A stretch of 64,000 nt of DNA. It comes from an uncultured Methanosarcinaceae archaeon. GTDB taxonomy: Archaea > Halobacteriota > Methanosarcinia > Methanosarcinales > Methanosarcinaceae. Made by a program: the position numbers and the translations under genes. The notes below the pieces were generated by a model. It was given only the letters and a program-made list of their open reading frames with translations. It did not search any database and was not told the DNA's origin. Positions 9,756 through 20,855 of the stretch are shown in pieces (the stretch's first letter is position 1; each line of letters starts with the position of its first letter). The stretch lies in the NCBI GenBank assembly GCA_963847185.1, contig CAWJYV010000007.1:768001-832000 (forward strand), read 5' to 3'.

Positions 9756-10757
9756 TTAAAGCCATCCAAATAGCTTCTGGAAAAATCCCGCCTCTGTTAC
9801 CTCTACCGGAGCCTGGAGAGCATCTGAATATTTGATGTCACCTTCTGGGGTTTCATATCTTATTACAGTATCTATTCCATACATTTTAGGTACAGCTGCA
9901 CTATCTGCCTTAACTTTAATCTTTGCAACAGCCGTACTTCCAGGTGCTATAGTGGATAGGAATGATGTACTGTCTGTTGTACTCAAAGGATCCGAAGGAT
10001 TAATTATAGCTTTAACGTTTCTTGCTTCTTCCTCACCTGTATTTTTAATCTCTACCTGGATTATGTCCTCCCCACCGGGAGAAATACTTCCTGTAGTGTT
10101 TACGATCTCAAAATCAGCCTGATTTTTCACTTTAATCTTTAATATCTGGCTCTGGTTCATTATTCCATACCAGCGACTAGCATCATAGGTCTGAGCAGTA
10201 GAATCCGGATTCGTTATTTGCACATTTTTCTGGTAATCATAAGAAAGATTCAGGTAGAGGTTGTATTCACCTGCATTTGCCTTTTTATCTATTTTTATAT
10301 CAAATTTTGCAGGCGCAAGTGCATTTTCTCCACTTTTTACAGTACCTATTTGCTGACTAACTGATTTTACCTCAATCGGACTTCCCGGATCTACTGAGAG
10401 AGAAGCAACTACATTTGTGGCATCCACTATACTGCTTTCCAGCTTCATTTCTGTTTTTGCAGCATATATTTCATCCGAATCAGAAGGAGTCCTGTCATTC
10501 TCAAATCCTAATAATTTGCCTTTGTTCATTAAATCAATATTCAAAGTAATCGTTTGGTCTCTATCGAATTCATTGCTGCCAATAATGATGGCACTAAGAT
10601 CAGGACTGCCATCTACATTGTAATAATTTTTCCCAAGGTTAAAGCTTTGAGGGATATTATAATTATCCGGCGTAGTAGAAGTGCCTGCTGCGGAAACGCC
10701 TGATGCACATGAAATCATAGAAATTAATAACAGAGAGACTATTATCATTTTTTTCAT
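9756..10757 (-). CDS. COG1361-type S-layer/CARDB-like secreted protein associated with ABC exporter
   Basis: Signal peptide MKKMIIVSLLLISMISCASGVSA; Ig-like repeats (IKNTGEEEARNVKA, GEYNLYLNLSY); last gene of the ABC operon. Confidence 0.8.
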   Translation of the reverse strand: MKKMIIVSLLLISMISCASGVSAAGTSTTPDNYNIPQSFNLGKNYYNVDGSPDLSAIIIGSNEFDRDQTITLNIDLMNKGKLLGFENDRTPSDSDEIYAAKTEMKLESSIVDATNVVASLSVDPGSPIEVKSVSQQIGTVKSGENALAPAKFDIKIDKKANAGEYNLYLNLSYDYQKNVQITNPDSTAQTYDASRWYGIMNQSQILKIKVKNQADFEIVNTTGSISPGGEDIIQVEIKNTGEEEARNVKAIINPSDPLSTTDSTSFLSTIAPGSTAVAKIKVKADSAAVPKMYGIDTVIRYETPEGDIKYSDALQAPVEVTEAGFFQKLFGWL

Positions 10758-10758
10758 T

Positions 10759-11865
10759 TTATGCTTCCCTCCTGAAGAGATGGACACCTAAAGTGAAAGT
10801 AACAATTGCAAAGAGAGTAAGTATTATCAAGTCAGTAGATATGGCGTTCAAACCCTGACCCTTAATCATAATAATACGCATAGCATCGATTGCATAAGTC
10901 AGAGGCAAGCAATAAGCTATATAACGCATCCAATCAGGAACGGAACTCAAGGGGAAAAACACACCTGTAACAAACATGGCTGGCATAGTAACCAGCATAT
11001 TTAACTGAAAGAAAGATTCCATGTCGTCTACCCTTGAAGACATGACTATCCCCATCCCTACGCCGCCAAGAGTGAAAATAACAAGCACCAGAGAGATAAG
11101 TAGCCAGCTACCATTCATATGGAATCCCAATAGAAGATATGCTGCAAGAATAAGGATAACAGCTCTGCCTAATTGCAATATTAGCTGATATATCGTTTTT
11201 CCGAGAATTACAGATCTCTTGCTGATAGGCGTCATTAACATACGAACAAGTGTACCGTCTTCTTTTTCTCCTGCAATGGCAGAACCCGTGGTTGCTACAG
11301 AACCCATAAACACGGTAAGGGCTATAACACCTGGTATGAGGAAGTCCAGATATTCCAGATTACCGTACATATTGGGAATATTTAAGTTGGTTGACCCTGT
11401 TTTCGCCAACAATTGTTTCATATAATTTATGATTATGCCACTTGTGGTAGTATCTGAGGAATCAGTCAGAAGCGTCAAAGTCGTACTCTCATTTTTCGCT
11501 ATGCTATCACTATATTCCGGAGGAATAATCAGAACGCCCTTGTATACTCCATCGTTTATTTTACTCTCAGCCTCAGACTGCGACATATCCTTTGTGTAGG
11601 TTACCGAGAACATTGGGGTTCCGTCGTATTTGCCGGTATAACTTCCGATTGCCTGAACAAGGGAACTGGAGGCTCTGCCTGTATCATCATTGACTATGAG
11701 GATAGGGGCATCTTTCACTGTCCCGCCCATGCCGTAGCCAAAAAAGACTATCATGATTATAGGGAATAGAACCAGAGGAATTATGAGCGCCTTTTTTCTG
11801 AAAAGTATTTTGAATTCTTTTTTTGCTACTATTAATGAATCCATTAGCTCGGTTTTTATTGTCAT
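10759..11865 (-). CDS. ABC-2 type transporter permease
   Basis: AGEKEDGTLVRMLMTPIS, GVFFPLSSVPDW, PLTYAIDA; six TM helices. Confidence 0.93.
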   Translation of the reverse strand: MTIKTELMDSLIVAKKEFKILFRKKALIIPLVLFPIIMIVFFGYGMGGTVKDAPILIVNDDTGRASSSLVQAIGSYTGKYDGTPMFSVTYTKDMSQSEAESKINDGVYKGVLIIPPEYSDSIAKNESTTLTLLTDSSDTTTSGIIINYMKQLLAKTGSTNLNIPNMYGNLEYLDFLIPGVIALTVFMGSVATTGSAIAGEKEDGTLVRMLMTPISKRSVILGKTIYQLILQLGRAVILILAAYLLLGFHMNGSWLLISLVLVIFTLGGVGMGIVMSSRVDDMESFFQLNMLVTMPAMFVTGVFFPLSSVPDWMRYIAYCLPLTYAIDAMRIIMIKGQGLNAISTDLIILTLFAIVTFTLGVHLFRREA

Positions 11866-12615
11866 TTAATCACGTACCTCTTCTCCTGTAAAGCGTACAA
11901 ACACTTCCTCAAGATTTGTACTTCCGGTTTTTTCCTTTAAAATCTCCGGCTTATCAAGAGCTACAATTTTGCCTGAATCCATTACAGCAACCCTATTACA
12001 GAGATTATCCGCTTCCTCCATGTAATGGGTTGTAAATATCAGGGTTTTCCCTTCGTCATTGAATTTTCTAGCAAGTTTCCAGATAACATTTCTGGTCTGG
12101 GGGTCGAGACCGGTTGAAGGCTCATCCCAGAATAGGATTTCTGGATCATGTAACACTGCGGCGATTACTGATAGCCTCTGCTTCATACCTCCGGAAAAGC
12201 CTCCCGTAAAACGGTCGGCGCTAGCTTCAAGCCCTACAAGCTTCAGGTAGTAATCGATTTTTTCTTCCATTTCCTTTTTTGGCACATTATAGAGGTTACC
12301 CATAAGTTCCAGATTCTCCCTGGCTGTAAGGAGAGGGTAAAGGCTAAGCTTCTGCGGGACTATCCCTATAAGTGGTCTTATTTTGTTGTCCTGTTTTTCA
12401 ACATCAAAGCCTGCAACTTTTATACTGCCGCTTGTAGGCTTTGTTAACGTGGTCAGCATGGAAAATGTAGTGGATTTGCCAGCTCCGTTAGGGCCTATCA
12501 TACCAAAAATTTCACCTTTGAATACGTCGAAACTGACACCATTCACTGCAGTAATTTTTCTTCCTCTCGAATGAAAAACCTTAACAAGGTTCCTGACCTC
12601 AATAATTGGTTCCAT
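11866..12615 (-). CDS. ABC transporter ATP-binding protein (DrrA/multidrug-like)
   Basis: Walker A GPNGAGKST, signature FSGGMKQR, Walker B LFWDEP, H-loop TTHYMEEA. Confidence 0.96.
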   Translation of the reverse strand: MEPIIEVRNLVKVFHSRGRKITAVNGVSFDVFKGEIFGMIGPNGAGKSTTFSMLTTLTKPTSGSIKVAGFDVEKQDNKIRPLIGIVPQKLSLYPLLTARENLELMGNLYNVPKKEMEEKIDYYLKLVGLEASADRFTGGFSGGMKQRLSVIAAVLHDPEILFWDEPSTGLDPQTRNVIWKLARKFNDEGKTLIFTTHYMEEADNLCNRVAVMDSGKIVALDKPEILKEKTGSTNLEEVFVRFTGEEVRD

Positions 12616-12619
12616 TTAC

Positions 12620-13231
12620 TCACCTTGTCTTCGTATCCTCGGCCTTCAGGATACCTTTAGTAAATATCTCAATAAACCTATCAATCTCCTCGTCATTATC
12701 ACCTAAAAAAGAGTCACCAAATACTCCTCTTACTAAGGAAGTGTAGACAAAATAACTAATGAAAGTTATTGCAGCTGATCGAGGATTGACATTCCGCATT
12801 TTTCCGTTTTTAATCTGTATTTCAAAGTATTCCTTCAGACGAGTTATGTTTATTTGAAAGATCGACGATATAACCTCAGCAACTTCAGGCCTCCTTCGTC
12901 CTTCTTCAAAGAGCATATACATCAACATACGCCGCTTACTATCCTCTTTATTGTCCTTCATGACCTTTGCAACGTTTTTACCCAGGATACGAAGATCGGT
13001 CTCAAGATCTGAATCTTTTTCAGGTTGGAATAAATTGTCCAGTGCCGAAAATGCAGCCCGATTTTTAAACAGAACTTCTTTCAGCAGGTTTTCTTTTGAT
13101 TGGAACTTTCGGAACAAAGTCACTTCTGCAACATTTGCTTCTTCCGCGATTCTACGAGTAGTAGCTCCTGTATATCCTTCGCTGGCGAACACTTTTAAAG
13201 CTGCATCCAGGATTCTTTGTTCTGTACTCAT
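12620..13231 (-). CDS. TetR/AcrR family transcriptional regulator
   Basis: [46 protein letters not shown]. Confidence 0.95.
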   Translation of the reverse strand: MSTEQRILDAALKVFASEGYTGATTRRIAEEANVAEVTLFRKFQSKENLLKEVLFKNRAAFSALDNLFQPEKDSDLETDLRILGKNVAKVMKDNKEDSKRRMLMYMLFEEGRRRPEVAEVISSIFQINITRLKEYFEIQIKNGKMRNVNPRSAAITFISYFVYTSLVRGVFGDSFLGDNDEEIDRFIEIFTKGILKAEDTKTR

Positions 13232-13235
13232 CAGG

Positions 13236-13261
13236 AATGTAAGTAAGCGGTTACTTACATT
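13236..13261. promoter_or_regulatory. Probable TetR operator (perfect 11-bp dyad)
   Basis: AATGTAAGTAA-gcgg-TTACTTACATT lies between a TATA-like TTTAAA (~13260-13265) and the tetR ATG (13231). Confidence 0.8.
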
Positions 13262-13310
13262 TAAAGGTGTTGAGCTAAATGTGGCTCAAAACAAAAAAGA
13301 AAGTAAAATC

Positions 13311-13400
13311 AAAATGGAGGAAGAAAAAAAAAAAAATATAAACAAATTATAAACAAATTATAAACAAATTAAAATGGAGGAAGAAAATGTAAACAAATTA
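13311..13400. repeat. Low-complexity direct repeats upstream of tetR
   Basis: AAAATGGAGGAAGAAAA x2 flanking ATAAACAAATT x3. Confidence 0.7.
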
Positions 13401-13518
13401 GATGAAATCCTCAAAATCGACAAGTTATTCACGATTTATCTATATCCGGAATCCTCACTTTATATTCTCTTCTAAAAGGCCTTAAATTACCCGGAAACTT
13501 TTAAAGTTATTGCATCTG

Positions 13519-14883
13519 TTATTTGTTAACCACTATAGCCTTTATATTCGTGAATTCCTTGAGCCCATAATGGGAAAGCTCTCTCCCGACTCCGGACTTC
13601 TTAACCCCGCCAAAAGGAAGCCTTGGGTCAGACCTGACCATTCCGTTGACTGCTACAAATCCCGATAGTATTCTTTTTGCCAGCTTTTCAGCCCTTTCCA
13701 GGTTTCCTGACCACACCTCTGCTCCAAGCCCGAACTCGGTCGAGTTTGCAATTTTTACTGCTTCATCATCATCCTTTGCCGTAATCAGTGGTGCAATGGG
13801 TCCGAAAACCTCCACAGTGCAGGCTTCCATATCAAGACTCGCTGCAGGAATAATGGCTGGCCTGAAGAAAAAGCCTTTTTCACATTCTTTGCCACAAACA
13901 AGAGGTTCTGCTCCTTTCTTTCTTGCATCCTGCAGAATTTTTTCGAGGTCTTCGGCAAATTCCTTCTTTGCAACAGGTCCAATATCGGTTTCCTCATCCA
14001 TAGGGTCTCCGATTTTCAATTTATTTACTTCGAATTCAAATGCTTTCGCAAAATCTTCAATAACGTTTTCCAGGATAATAAATCTCTTGGCAGCAATACA
14101 GCCCTGCCCGGTATTGAGGAAGCGGGACTTTGCCGCAGCCTGAGCAGCCCTCTCTATATCGGCATCTTCAAGCACTATAAACGGATCAGATCCTCCTAGT
14201 TCCAGGACAAAAGGCTTGATAGTTTTTCCGGCAAGTTCCCCTATTTCAGACCCTGCATTTATGCTGCCTGTAAGCGAAATCCCATCTACCATGTCCTTTT
14301 TTACGATTTCCATTGCAGTTTTGGAATCGATTAAAAGAGTTTTAAAAACATTCTCCGGAAATCCGGCCTCCAAAAAGACTTTTTCAACCTCAAGGGCGGA
14401 CTTCGGCACGTTTGAGGCATGTTTGAGCACACAAACATTTCCTGCACAGATTGAAGGTATTGCAAACTTGAATACCTGCCAGAAAGGAAAATTCCAGGGC
14501 ATTATCCCGAGAATTACCCCCATAGGCTCAAAACGTACGTAGCTTTTCTCGGCCCCGGTATCAACAAACTCATCTTTCAGAAACTCAGCCGCATTTTTAA
14601 CGTAATAATCGCAGACCAGAGCACATTTCTGAATCTCAGCTTTTGACTGCTTGATAGGTTTTCCCATTTCCTTCGTAATAATCTCGGCATAGATGTCGGT
14701 ATTCTTCCTGAGAACCTCTGCAGCCCTTGCAAGATGCCCGGTTCTCTCTTCAACAGACAGAGAACTCCATACTGAAAAAGCAGCCCTTGATTTTTTGATA
14801 TGGGCTTCACAGTCCTCAAAAGAAAAAGAATCGTACGTCCAGTTTACTTCTTCAGTATAGGGATTAACTGATCTAAACACCAT
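13519..14883 (-). CDS. NAD(P)-dependent aldehyde dehydrogenase (succinate-semialdehyde dehydrogenase-like)
   Basis: [48 protein letters not shown]. Confidence 0.93.
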   Translation of the reverse strand: MVFRSVNPYTEEVNWTYDSFSFEDCEAHIKKSRAAFSVWSSLSVEERTGHLARAAEVLRKNTDIYAEIITKEMGKPIKQSKAEIQKCALVCDYYVKNAAEFLKDEFVDTGAEKSYVRFEPMGVILGIMPWNFPFWQVFKFAIPSICAGNVCVLKHASNVPKSALEVEKVFLEAGFPENVFKTLLIDSKTAMEIVKKDMVDGISLTGSINAGSEIGELAGKTIKPFVLELGGSDPFIVLEDADIERAAQAAAKSRFLNTGQGCIAAKRFIILENVIEDFAKAFEFEVNKLKIGDPMDEETDIGPVAKKEFAEDLEKILQDARKKGAEPLVCGKECEKGFFFRPAIIPAASLDMEACTVEVFGPIAPLITAKDDDEAVKIANSTEFGLGAEVWSGNLERAEKLAKRILSGFVAVNGMVRSDPRLPFGGVKKSGVGRELSHYGLKEFTNIKAIVVNK

Positions 14884-14930
14884 GATTTCAGCTCCAGTAT
14901 GTTATTTCCGAAGTAAGAGGATTAACTGGT

Positions 14931-15066
14931 TTGATTATTTGTGAATTCATCCTCCATGATGAGTCACAATTAACTTATTTTATACTCATAACCTCATCCC
15001 CATGGAAAGTCACATTCAATTGATTTTACATTTATGACTTCATTTCCCATGAAGAGTCACGTATTA
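14931..15066. repeat. Three degenerate ~46-bp tandem repeats upstream of the ALDH gene
   Basis: Cores CCATGATGAGTCACA, CCATGGAAAGTCACA, CCATGAAGAGTCACG. Confidence 0.7.
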
Positions 15067-15251
15067 GTATAGGGTCTTTTTATATTATTAAAGTTTGGTG
15101 AGATAGCACCAGAAAAATAGGGATCTCGGGTTTTACGCTTATTCAAAAACATGGCATCCGTGAATACTTTTAGTGAATTTTGAGTGAGGCAAATCCCTTA
15201 TTTGGAAGAATGAACGAGTTATTAGACTTATATAGTATAGGACTTGTGTTT

Positions 15252-15430
15252 GGTTCTTCGCTATTTTGAGCGGGTAACTTACATTCATATCCTAAATGTT
15301 GAAGTGGTATATCTAGAATTTAGAAACATCCGTTATTTAAAATCATATTCAAACTTGATGTTTTCCTTTTTGACCGGGTTACTTTCTAACTAAGTAATAA
15401 TTTTCAACCCACACAAAACAGCGAAGAGCC
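15252..15430. mobile_element. 179-bp MITE nested in the left end of the IS701-like element
   Basis: 24-bp imperfect TIRs GGTTCTTCGCTATTTTGAGCGGGT / ACCCACACAAAACAGCGAAGAGCC; no ORF. Confidence 0.75.
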
Positions 15431-15508
15431 AATTGCTGTAGATCACATTAAAATAATATTGATTTCAATATAATAATAAAAATATAATCAAAAAAAAAAA
15501 TCTTTGAG

Positions 15509-16501
15509 TTGAATGCAATAAATCCGCCTAAATGTACTGAACTTGATTGCATCAACTTTCTCATTGCTTCTTCGCGAGTCTTTAGCTGTACTGAAGCTTC
15601 TAAATGTAGTTTTACAGACTCGAATCGTCCATCTCATGACTCTTTTACTCGCCTTCTTCTAAGGCAGCCTCCGGATACGGAGGCTTTATGGGAAGAAGTC
15701 AAGGATCTTGTCATTCCTGACTGGATTTTTCATTATCGATGATACTGTTCTGGATAAACCTTATTCCAAACATATAGATCTTGTTTACAGGCAATGGAGT
15801 GGTAAACATCATCAGATTATAAATGGGATCAATCTTGAAATCGTTGTCTGGACAAATAATGATGCTATAATTCCTGTTGACTTTAGAATTTACAATATAG
15901 ATACTGACGGTAAAACCAAAAACGATCATTTTCTTGATATGTTGAACAGGGCAGAAGAACGTGGTTTTTCCCCCGAATTTGTTCTTTTTGATACATAGTA
16001 TTCCAGTGTAAAGAATCTCAAAGCAATCAGGAAAAAAGAATGGCACTGGTTAACAAGGTTGAAGAAAAACAGGTTAGTTAACCCTGATAAGACTGGTAAT
16101 GTATCAATTAAATTGTTAACTATTCCACCAGAAGGAATGACGGTTCATCTGAAAGAGTACGGTTTTATTAAGGTGTTTCGGATAGCTTCCAATGACGGAG
16201 ACGCGCAATACTGGGCTACAGATGTACTGGATATGCAGGAAAAAAAGGAAAGAGTTAGGGAAAAAAAGCCTGGAAAATTGAAGAGTATCATAGAGGAATT
16301 AAACAGTTTTGTGGAGTTGAACGCTGTCAGGCAAGAAGAAACAGTGTGCAGAGAGCACATATTATGATGACGATAAGAGCATTTCTAAGGTTTGAAGTAC
16401 AAAGAATAAAAACAGGCATTACATGGTTTGAAGCGAAATGGAACATTAAAAGAAATGCTGTTAATCAATTCCTAAGAAAGCCAATCTACATCTTAATCTA
16501 A
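15509..16501 (+). pseudogene. IS701-family transposase pseudogene
   Basis: SHDSFTRLL, IIDDTVLDKPY, VLFDT*YSS and WKIEEYHRGIKQFCGVE motifs; frameshifts at ~15720 and ~16255-16270; in-frame TAG at 15996. Confidence 0.88.
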
Positions 16502-16763
16502 AAATTGAGAAAATTGAAAAGTGGCCTGCAAAGCAGGCAAATAAGTAAGTCCTATATCTAATTCCTAAATAATCTAACCTCTAAATTTTTTAGTTACTGA
16601 AATCTCATAATCTTACCCACATTTGCTTCCATGTGATCTCCTTTCTAACAAATAATCTAATATTCTCTAATTTGAAACCAAGATCGTGGAGATACTTATA
16701 AATTTCTTTAAACTGTTTAATACTAAGATTTTTCAAATTTAATAATATAAAAGAGGAAATATA

Positions 16764-19151
16764 ATGAAAAATAAGAACATATTGTACTCAAAAACTTTCG
16801 TATCACTATTTATCGCTTTGTTTTTAATATTCATATCATCTACTGCGTCGGCAGACCCTGTACAAGGTGCTTCGCCTGTTGCAATATATGCATATATCGC
16901 AAATCAAGATGGGACTATTTCTGTACTTGACACAACAAACTATACTATTACAGCTACTGTGAGTGTAGGCAATCCCAGTGGAGTTGCATTCAGCCCGGAT
17001 GGAACAAAGGTGTTTGTGGCGAACTCTTTGAGCAACACTGTCTCTGTAATAAATACAACAACTAACACCGTTACAGCTACGGTAAATGTAGGTGGATATC
17101 CAAGTGGAGTTGCAGTCAGCCCAGATGGAACAAAGGTGTTTGTGGCGAACTCTTTGAGCAACACTGTCTCTGTAATAAATACAATAACTAACATCGTTAC
17201 AGCTAACGTTGATGTAGGAGAATCTTCTTCTGAAGTTGCAGTCACACCGGATGGAAAAAAGGTATATGTGACGAGCCGGGGCAACAATACAGTTTCTGTA
17301 ATTGACACCACAAACGATACTGTTATAGCCACTGTACCTGTAGGAAATGGTTCTACCAGAGTTGAAATCAGCCCGGATGGAACAAAGGCATATGTGGCGA
17401 ACAGTGCTGACAATACTGTCTCTGTAATTGACACAGTCACAGATACTGTTACAGCTACGGTACCTGTAGGAACTAATCCTTTTGAAGTTGCGGTCAACCC
17501 ATCGGGAACGCAGGTATATGTGGTTGGGTACGGCAATGATATTTCTGTCATTGACACCGCGACAAATACTGTTACAGCCACGGTTGATGTAGTAGAACGG
17601 CCTCGCGAAATTGCAGTCAGTCCAGATGGATCAAAGGTATATGTGACAAATTATTTTGAGCGAGATTACATCGTCACTGTAATTGATACAGCAACAAACG
17701 CTGTTACAGCCACGGTGAATGTCGGAAACCCTGCTCGAGGAATTGCATTCAACCCATCTGGGACAAAGGCGTTCGTCACGAATCCGGATTGTGGCATGGT
17801 CTCAATAATTGACACAGCAACTAATAGGGTTACATCCACAGTGAATGTCGGAGGCAGTCCTATTGTCAATGGGCTGTTTATAGTTCCTCGTTCAGCACTA
17901 AAACCAGTACTTTATGTGAACTTCAGTAGCAATCTAACCAGTGAGTATGCTCCTCTGACTGTCCAGTTTACTGATCTGTCGCAAAATGCAACCGGATGGT
18001 ACTGGGACTTTGGAGATGGAACTATTTCAACTGACCAGAATCCGACGCATACTTATTCTTCTGCAGGACCCTACACTGTTAAACTAATCGCAAACAATGA
18101 AAACGATAAAGATTCGAAATTTGCTATAATAACTGCTTTAGATTACAATTTACCTCCTGTAGCAGACTTTGCTGCCAATCCGTCTAGAGGCGGTAATCCT
18201 CTTTTCGTCCAGTTTACTGACCTTTCTCAAAACGCAGCTGGATGGAACTGGGACTTTGGAGATGGAGCTACTTCAACCCTTCAAAACCCGAGGCATATCT
18301 ATATAGATCATTCATCATTTAGTGGTGAAGGTGGGGCCATAAATATACAAAGAAGCTATATTGTTACCCTAACTTTGAGCAATGAAAACGTCACTGCCTC
18401 AAAAAAAGCTACAATGGTTATGGATCGTCAGTTTTATGTTCCGCCCAGTTCGGGTAAAAGTTCAAGTGGAGGCGGTGGTTCTCCTGAATCTGCAAAAAAC
18501 ATTGAAGTAAAGGAACTTTCCCAGGTCTTCATTACGAACGGAAAGGCTGTTAAGTTTGATTTCACCAAGAATGCAACCTGTGTTGTGTATGTGGGTTTTG
18601 ACTCTAAGAAGACTGCTGGTAAGATTACAACTATTGTCGAGATGCTGAAAAATCAATCCAATCTTACCTCTGATACGCCCACTGGTGAAGTCTATAACTA
18701 CCTGAATATCTGGGTTGGAAACGATGGGTATGCAACTGAAAAGAATATCGGAAATGCGACTGTATATTTCAAAGTTGAAAAATCCTGGATACAGGATAAA
18801 AATATAGACCAATCTTCAATCATCCTGAACAGGTACAGTGAAAAGAAGTGGGATCCATTGCCTACCAGCCAATCAGGAGAAGATGACAGGTATCTGTATT
18901 TCACAGCAGAAACCCCGGAATTCTCTTCCTTTGCAATAACAGGGAAGGTAAAAGAGAAGGTAAATACCTCTGAAACTGTAACTGAAATATGGCATGGAGA
19001 TGAGTCTGACAACTCTGAAGAGAACACGGAGGGTCCAGGATCGGAAGCTAATCAGGAACCCGAACAGGAAGAAAATACAGATATGCCTGGCTTTGAAATT
19101 ATTTATGGCATAGTTGTCTTGCTTAGCGTATTCTATTATATAAGAAAATAA
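16764..19151 (+). CDS. Cell-surface protein: YVTN beta-propeller + 2 PKD + PGF-pre-PGF + PGF-CTERM anchor
   Basis: Signal peptide; 8 YVTN-type repeats; WxWDFGDG twice; GSPESAKNIEVKELSQ..NIWVG domain; C-terminal PGF-TM-RK. Confidence 0.95.
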   Translation: MKNKNILYSKTFVSLFIALFLIFISSTASADPVQGASPVAIYAYIANQDGTISVLDTTNYTITATVSVGNPSGVAFSPDGTKVFVANSLSNTVSVINTTTNTVTATVNVGGYPSGVAVSPDGTKVFVANSLSNTVSVINTITNIVTANVDVGESSSEVAVTPDGKKVYVTSRGNNTVSVIDTTNDTVIATVPVGNGSTRVEISPDGTKAYVANSADNTVSVIDTVTDTVTATVPVGTNPFEVAVNPSGTQVYVVGYGNDISVIDTATNTVTATVDVVERPREIAVSPDGSKVYVTNYFERDYIVTVIDTATNAVTATVNVGNPARGIAFNPSGTKAFVTNPDCGMVSIIDTATNRVTSTVNVGGSPIVNGLFIVPRSALKPVLYVNFSSNLTSEYAPLTVQFTDLSQNATGWYWDFGDGTISTDQNPTHTYSSAGPYTVKLIANNENDKDSKFAIITALDYNLPPVADFAANPSRGGNPLFVQFTDLSQNAAGWNWDFGDGATSTLQNPRHIYIDHSSFSGEGGAINIQRSYIVTLTLSNENVTASKKATMVMDRQFYVPPSSGKSSSGGGGSPESAKNIEVKELSQVFITNGKAVKFDFTKNATCVVYVGFDSKKTAGKITTIVEMLKNQSNLTSDTPTGEVYNYLNIWVGNDGYATEKNIGNATVYFKVEKSWIQDKNIDQSSIILNRYSEKKWDPLPTSQSGEDDRYLYFTAETPEFSSFAITGKVKEKVNTSETVTEIWHGDESDNSEENTEGPGSEANQEPEQEENTDMPGFEIIYGIVVLLSVFYYIRK

Positions 19152-19336
19152 AAAGGAGAAATACAAAGTTAGATGTGAAATAAAGGATGAAAGGTTAATC
19201 CTTTCACTTTTTTTGTACACTTTTGTGCTCAATAAATCGGTCGTGGGAGTCAGTTACTGAAAATCGCAAACCGAAAAGCAGTTTTCAAATCAGGACAAAG
19301 AAGGTATATGTGCCCGTTTTGCCAGACTTAATTAAT

Positions 19337-19454
19337 TATGTCTTACGCACTTCAGGCTCAAAATCAAGAGCAACAGACATTGCTATAAATACCATGGTTT
19401 AGACAATTGAAGGTTTAACGCCGTTGGTTTTTCAGTTCAACCGCGTAAGTCCTA
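19337..19454. mobile_element. MITE, AGGACTTACGC family (copy 2, inverted relative to copy 1)
   Basis: TATGTCTTACGCAC...CCGCGTAAGTCCTA; reverse complement aligns end to end with 2026-2141. Confidence 0.85.
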
Positions 19455-19575
19455 TAGTATTTAGGAACTTCTTACATAGTATTCAGGAACTTAGTTCACA
19501 GCTCAAAAGTTAAAGGAATAAAAAATTAAAAATAAATCGAATAAAACAAGATAAAAAAGATTAAGTTTCAGGGTG

Positions 19576-19623
19576 CTGAAGCTTTTCAGCTTGGCGAAAA
19601 TGCCAGCCTAACGAAAGCTTCAG
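19576..19623 (-). terminator. Hairpin immediately downstream of hisS
   Basis: CTGAAGCTTT...AAAGCTTCAG arms with an inner TGGC/GCCA stem; T-rich tract further downstream on the minus strand. Confidence 0.45.
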
Positions 19624-19625
19624 TT

Positions 19626-20855
19626 TCATGAAACCTTCTCAATAATCTCTTCCAGCGTCAAAAGTTCCTGATCTCCGGATACCATATCCCTGAAGGTAAG
19701 CTTCCCTGCCTCAATCTCTTTTTCCCCGACTATAACCGCGTAGCCGGCATTGATGGTATTTGCGTAGGACAGCTGGGCTTTGAAATTACGTTCCATAAGG
19801 TCTACATGTACTGGAAGATATTTTCTTAATTTAGCTGCAATTTTTACGGCTTCAATGTGAGTATCAGGCTTTGAAATTACAACAAGACTTTTAGGTGTCG
19901 GATATTCGAGAGGGCAGATTTCCATTATTCTGTCAAAACCGATTCCGAAACCTGTAGAAGGGATATCTCCGCCGCCAAAAAGCTGGATAAGCTGATAAGA
20001 GCCTCCTCCGCAGACCTGTTTCTGGGCGCCGAGGCCTTCAGCATAGACCTCAAAGACCATGCCCGTATAGTAATCAAGCCCTCGAGCGATTCCGAAGTCA
20101 AGGGAGTAGTCAACCCCATATGCATCGAGAATTTTGAGAGTCTTTTCAAAACCTACAATTTCAGGGATATTTCCTACAATTTCTTTTACCTGAGGGAGAA
20201 TATACCTGCCTTCAAGCTTGATCAGCCGGAAAATGTCTGATTTCAATTGTTCCTCTGCACCGATCTCATCAAGCAGGGCTTCCAGGCCTGCATATTCTTT
20301 CTTATCCACAAGCCTCATGACCTGACTGACTATTTCAGGTTCAAGCCCTCTCAAAAGAGTGCGTATCACTGCAAGGTTTCCAATTTTCATGTCTCCCCTG
20401 ACTCCAACTGCTTTTAACAGGGAGTCGGCAAGAGCAATAACCTCTGCATCGGAGTCAGGTTTTCCGCTTCCTATAAGTTCGACTCCAAACTGCCAGAACT
20501 CTCTGAAACGGCCCTTTTGAGGACGCTCGTAACGGAAACAGTTTTCGAAATAAAAGAGCTTTAAGGGTTTTGGGAATGATTGAAGCTCGTTTACATAGAA
20601 GCGCATAACAGGAGCAGTCAACTCCGGCCTGAGGGTCATGTCTCTGCCTCCCTTGTCCGTGAAGTTATAGAGTTCTCCTATAATTCCTTCTCCGGATTTC
20701 AGGGTGAAAAGGTCCAGATGTTCAAACGTGGGAGTAATGATTTCACTATAACCCCAGTTGCGGGCAACATTTCTCATAACACTTTCCACGTATCTTCTCC
20801 GGGTAGTATCGGCAGGTAAAAAATCCCGGGTCCCTCTTGGTCTATTGACTGTCAT
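19626..20855 (-). CDS. hisS: Histidine--tRNA ligase
   Basis: [46 protein letters not shown]; ATG 20855 after AGGTG. Confidence 0.98.
   Translation of the reverse strand: MTVNRPRGTRDFLPADTTRRRYVESVMRNVARNWGYSEIITPTFEHLDLFTLKSGEGIIGELYNFTDKGGRDMTLRPELTAPVMRFYVNELQSFPKPLKLFYFENCFRYERPQKGRFREFWQFGVELIGSGKPDSDAEVIALADSLLKAVGVRGDMKIGNLAVIRTLLRGLEPEIVSQVMRLVDKKEYAGLEALLDEIGAEEQLKSDIFRLIKLEGRYILPQVKEIVGNIPEIVGFEKTLKILDAYGVDYSLDFGIARGLDYYTGMVFEVYAEGLGAQKQVCGGGSYQLIQLFGGGDIPSTGFGIGFDRIMEICPLEYPTPKSLVVISKPDTHIEAVKIAAKLRKYLPVHVDLMERNFKAQLSYANTINAGYAVIVGEKEIEAGKLTFRDMVSGDQELLTLEEIIEKVS

Larger units (their letters stand above)
15238..16554 (+). mobile_element. Decayed IS701-family element
   Basis: Left end TAGGACTT (15238), right end AGTAAGTCCTA (16544-16554); encloses a broken DDE transposase. 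Confidence 0.75.

Noticed and set aside
15996-15998. In-frame TAG in the transposase as a possible pyrrolysine codon
   Set aside because: It replaces the Trp expected in the FDxWY motif (TGG>TAG), and the gene also has two frameshifts, so ordinary decay explains it
16940-17869. Long antisense ORFs within the YVTN gene (and similar shadow ORFs across the window)
   Set aside because: Antisense shadows of strongly coding, repetitive sequence with no independent motifs
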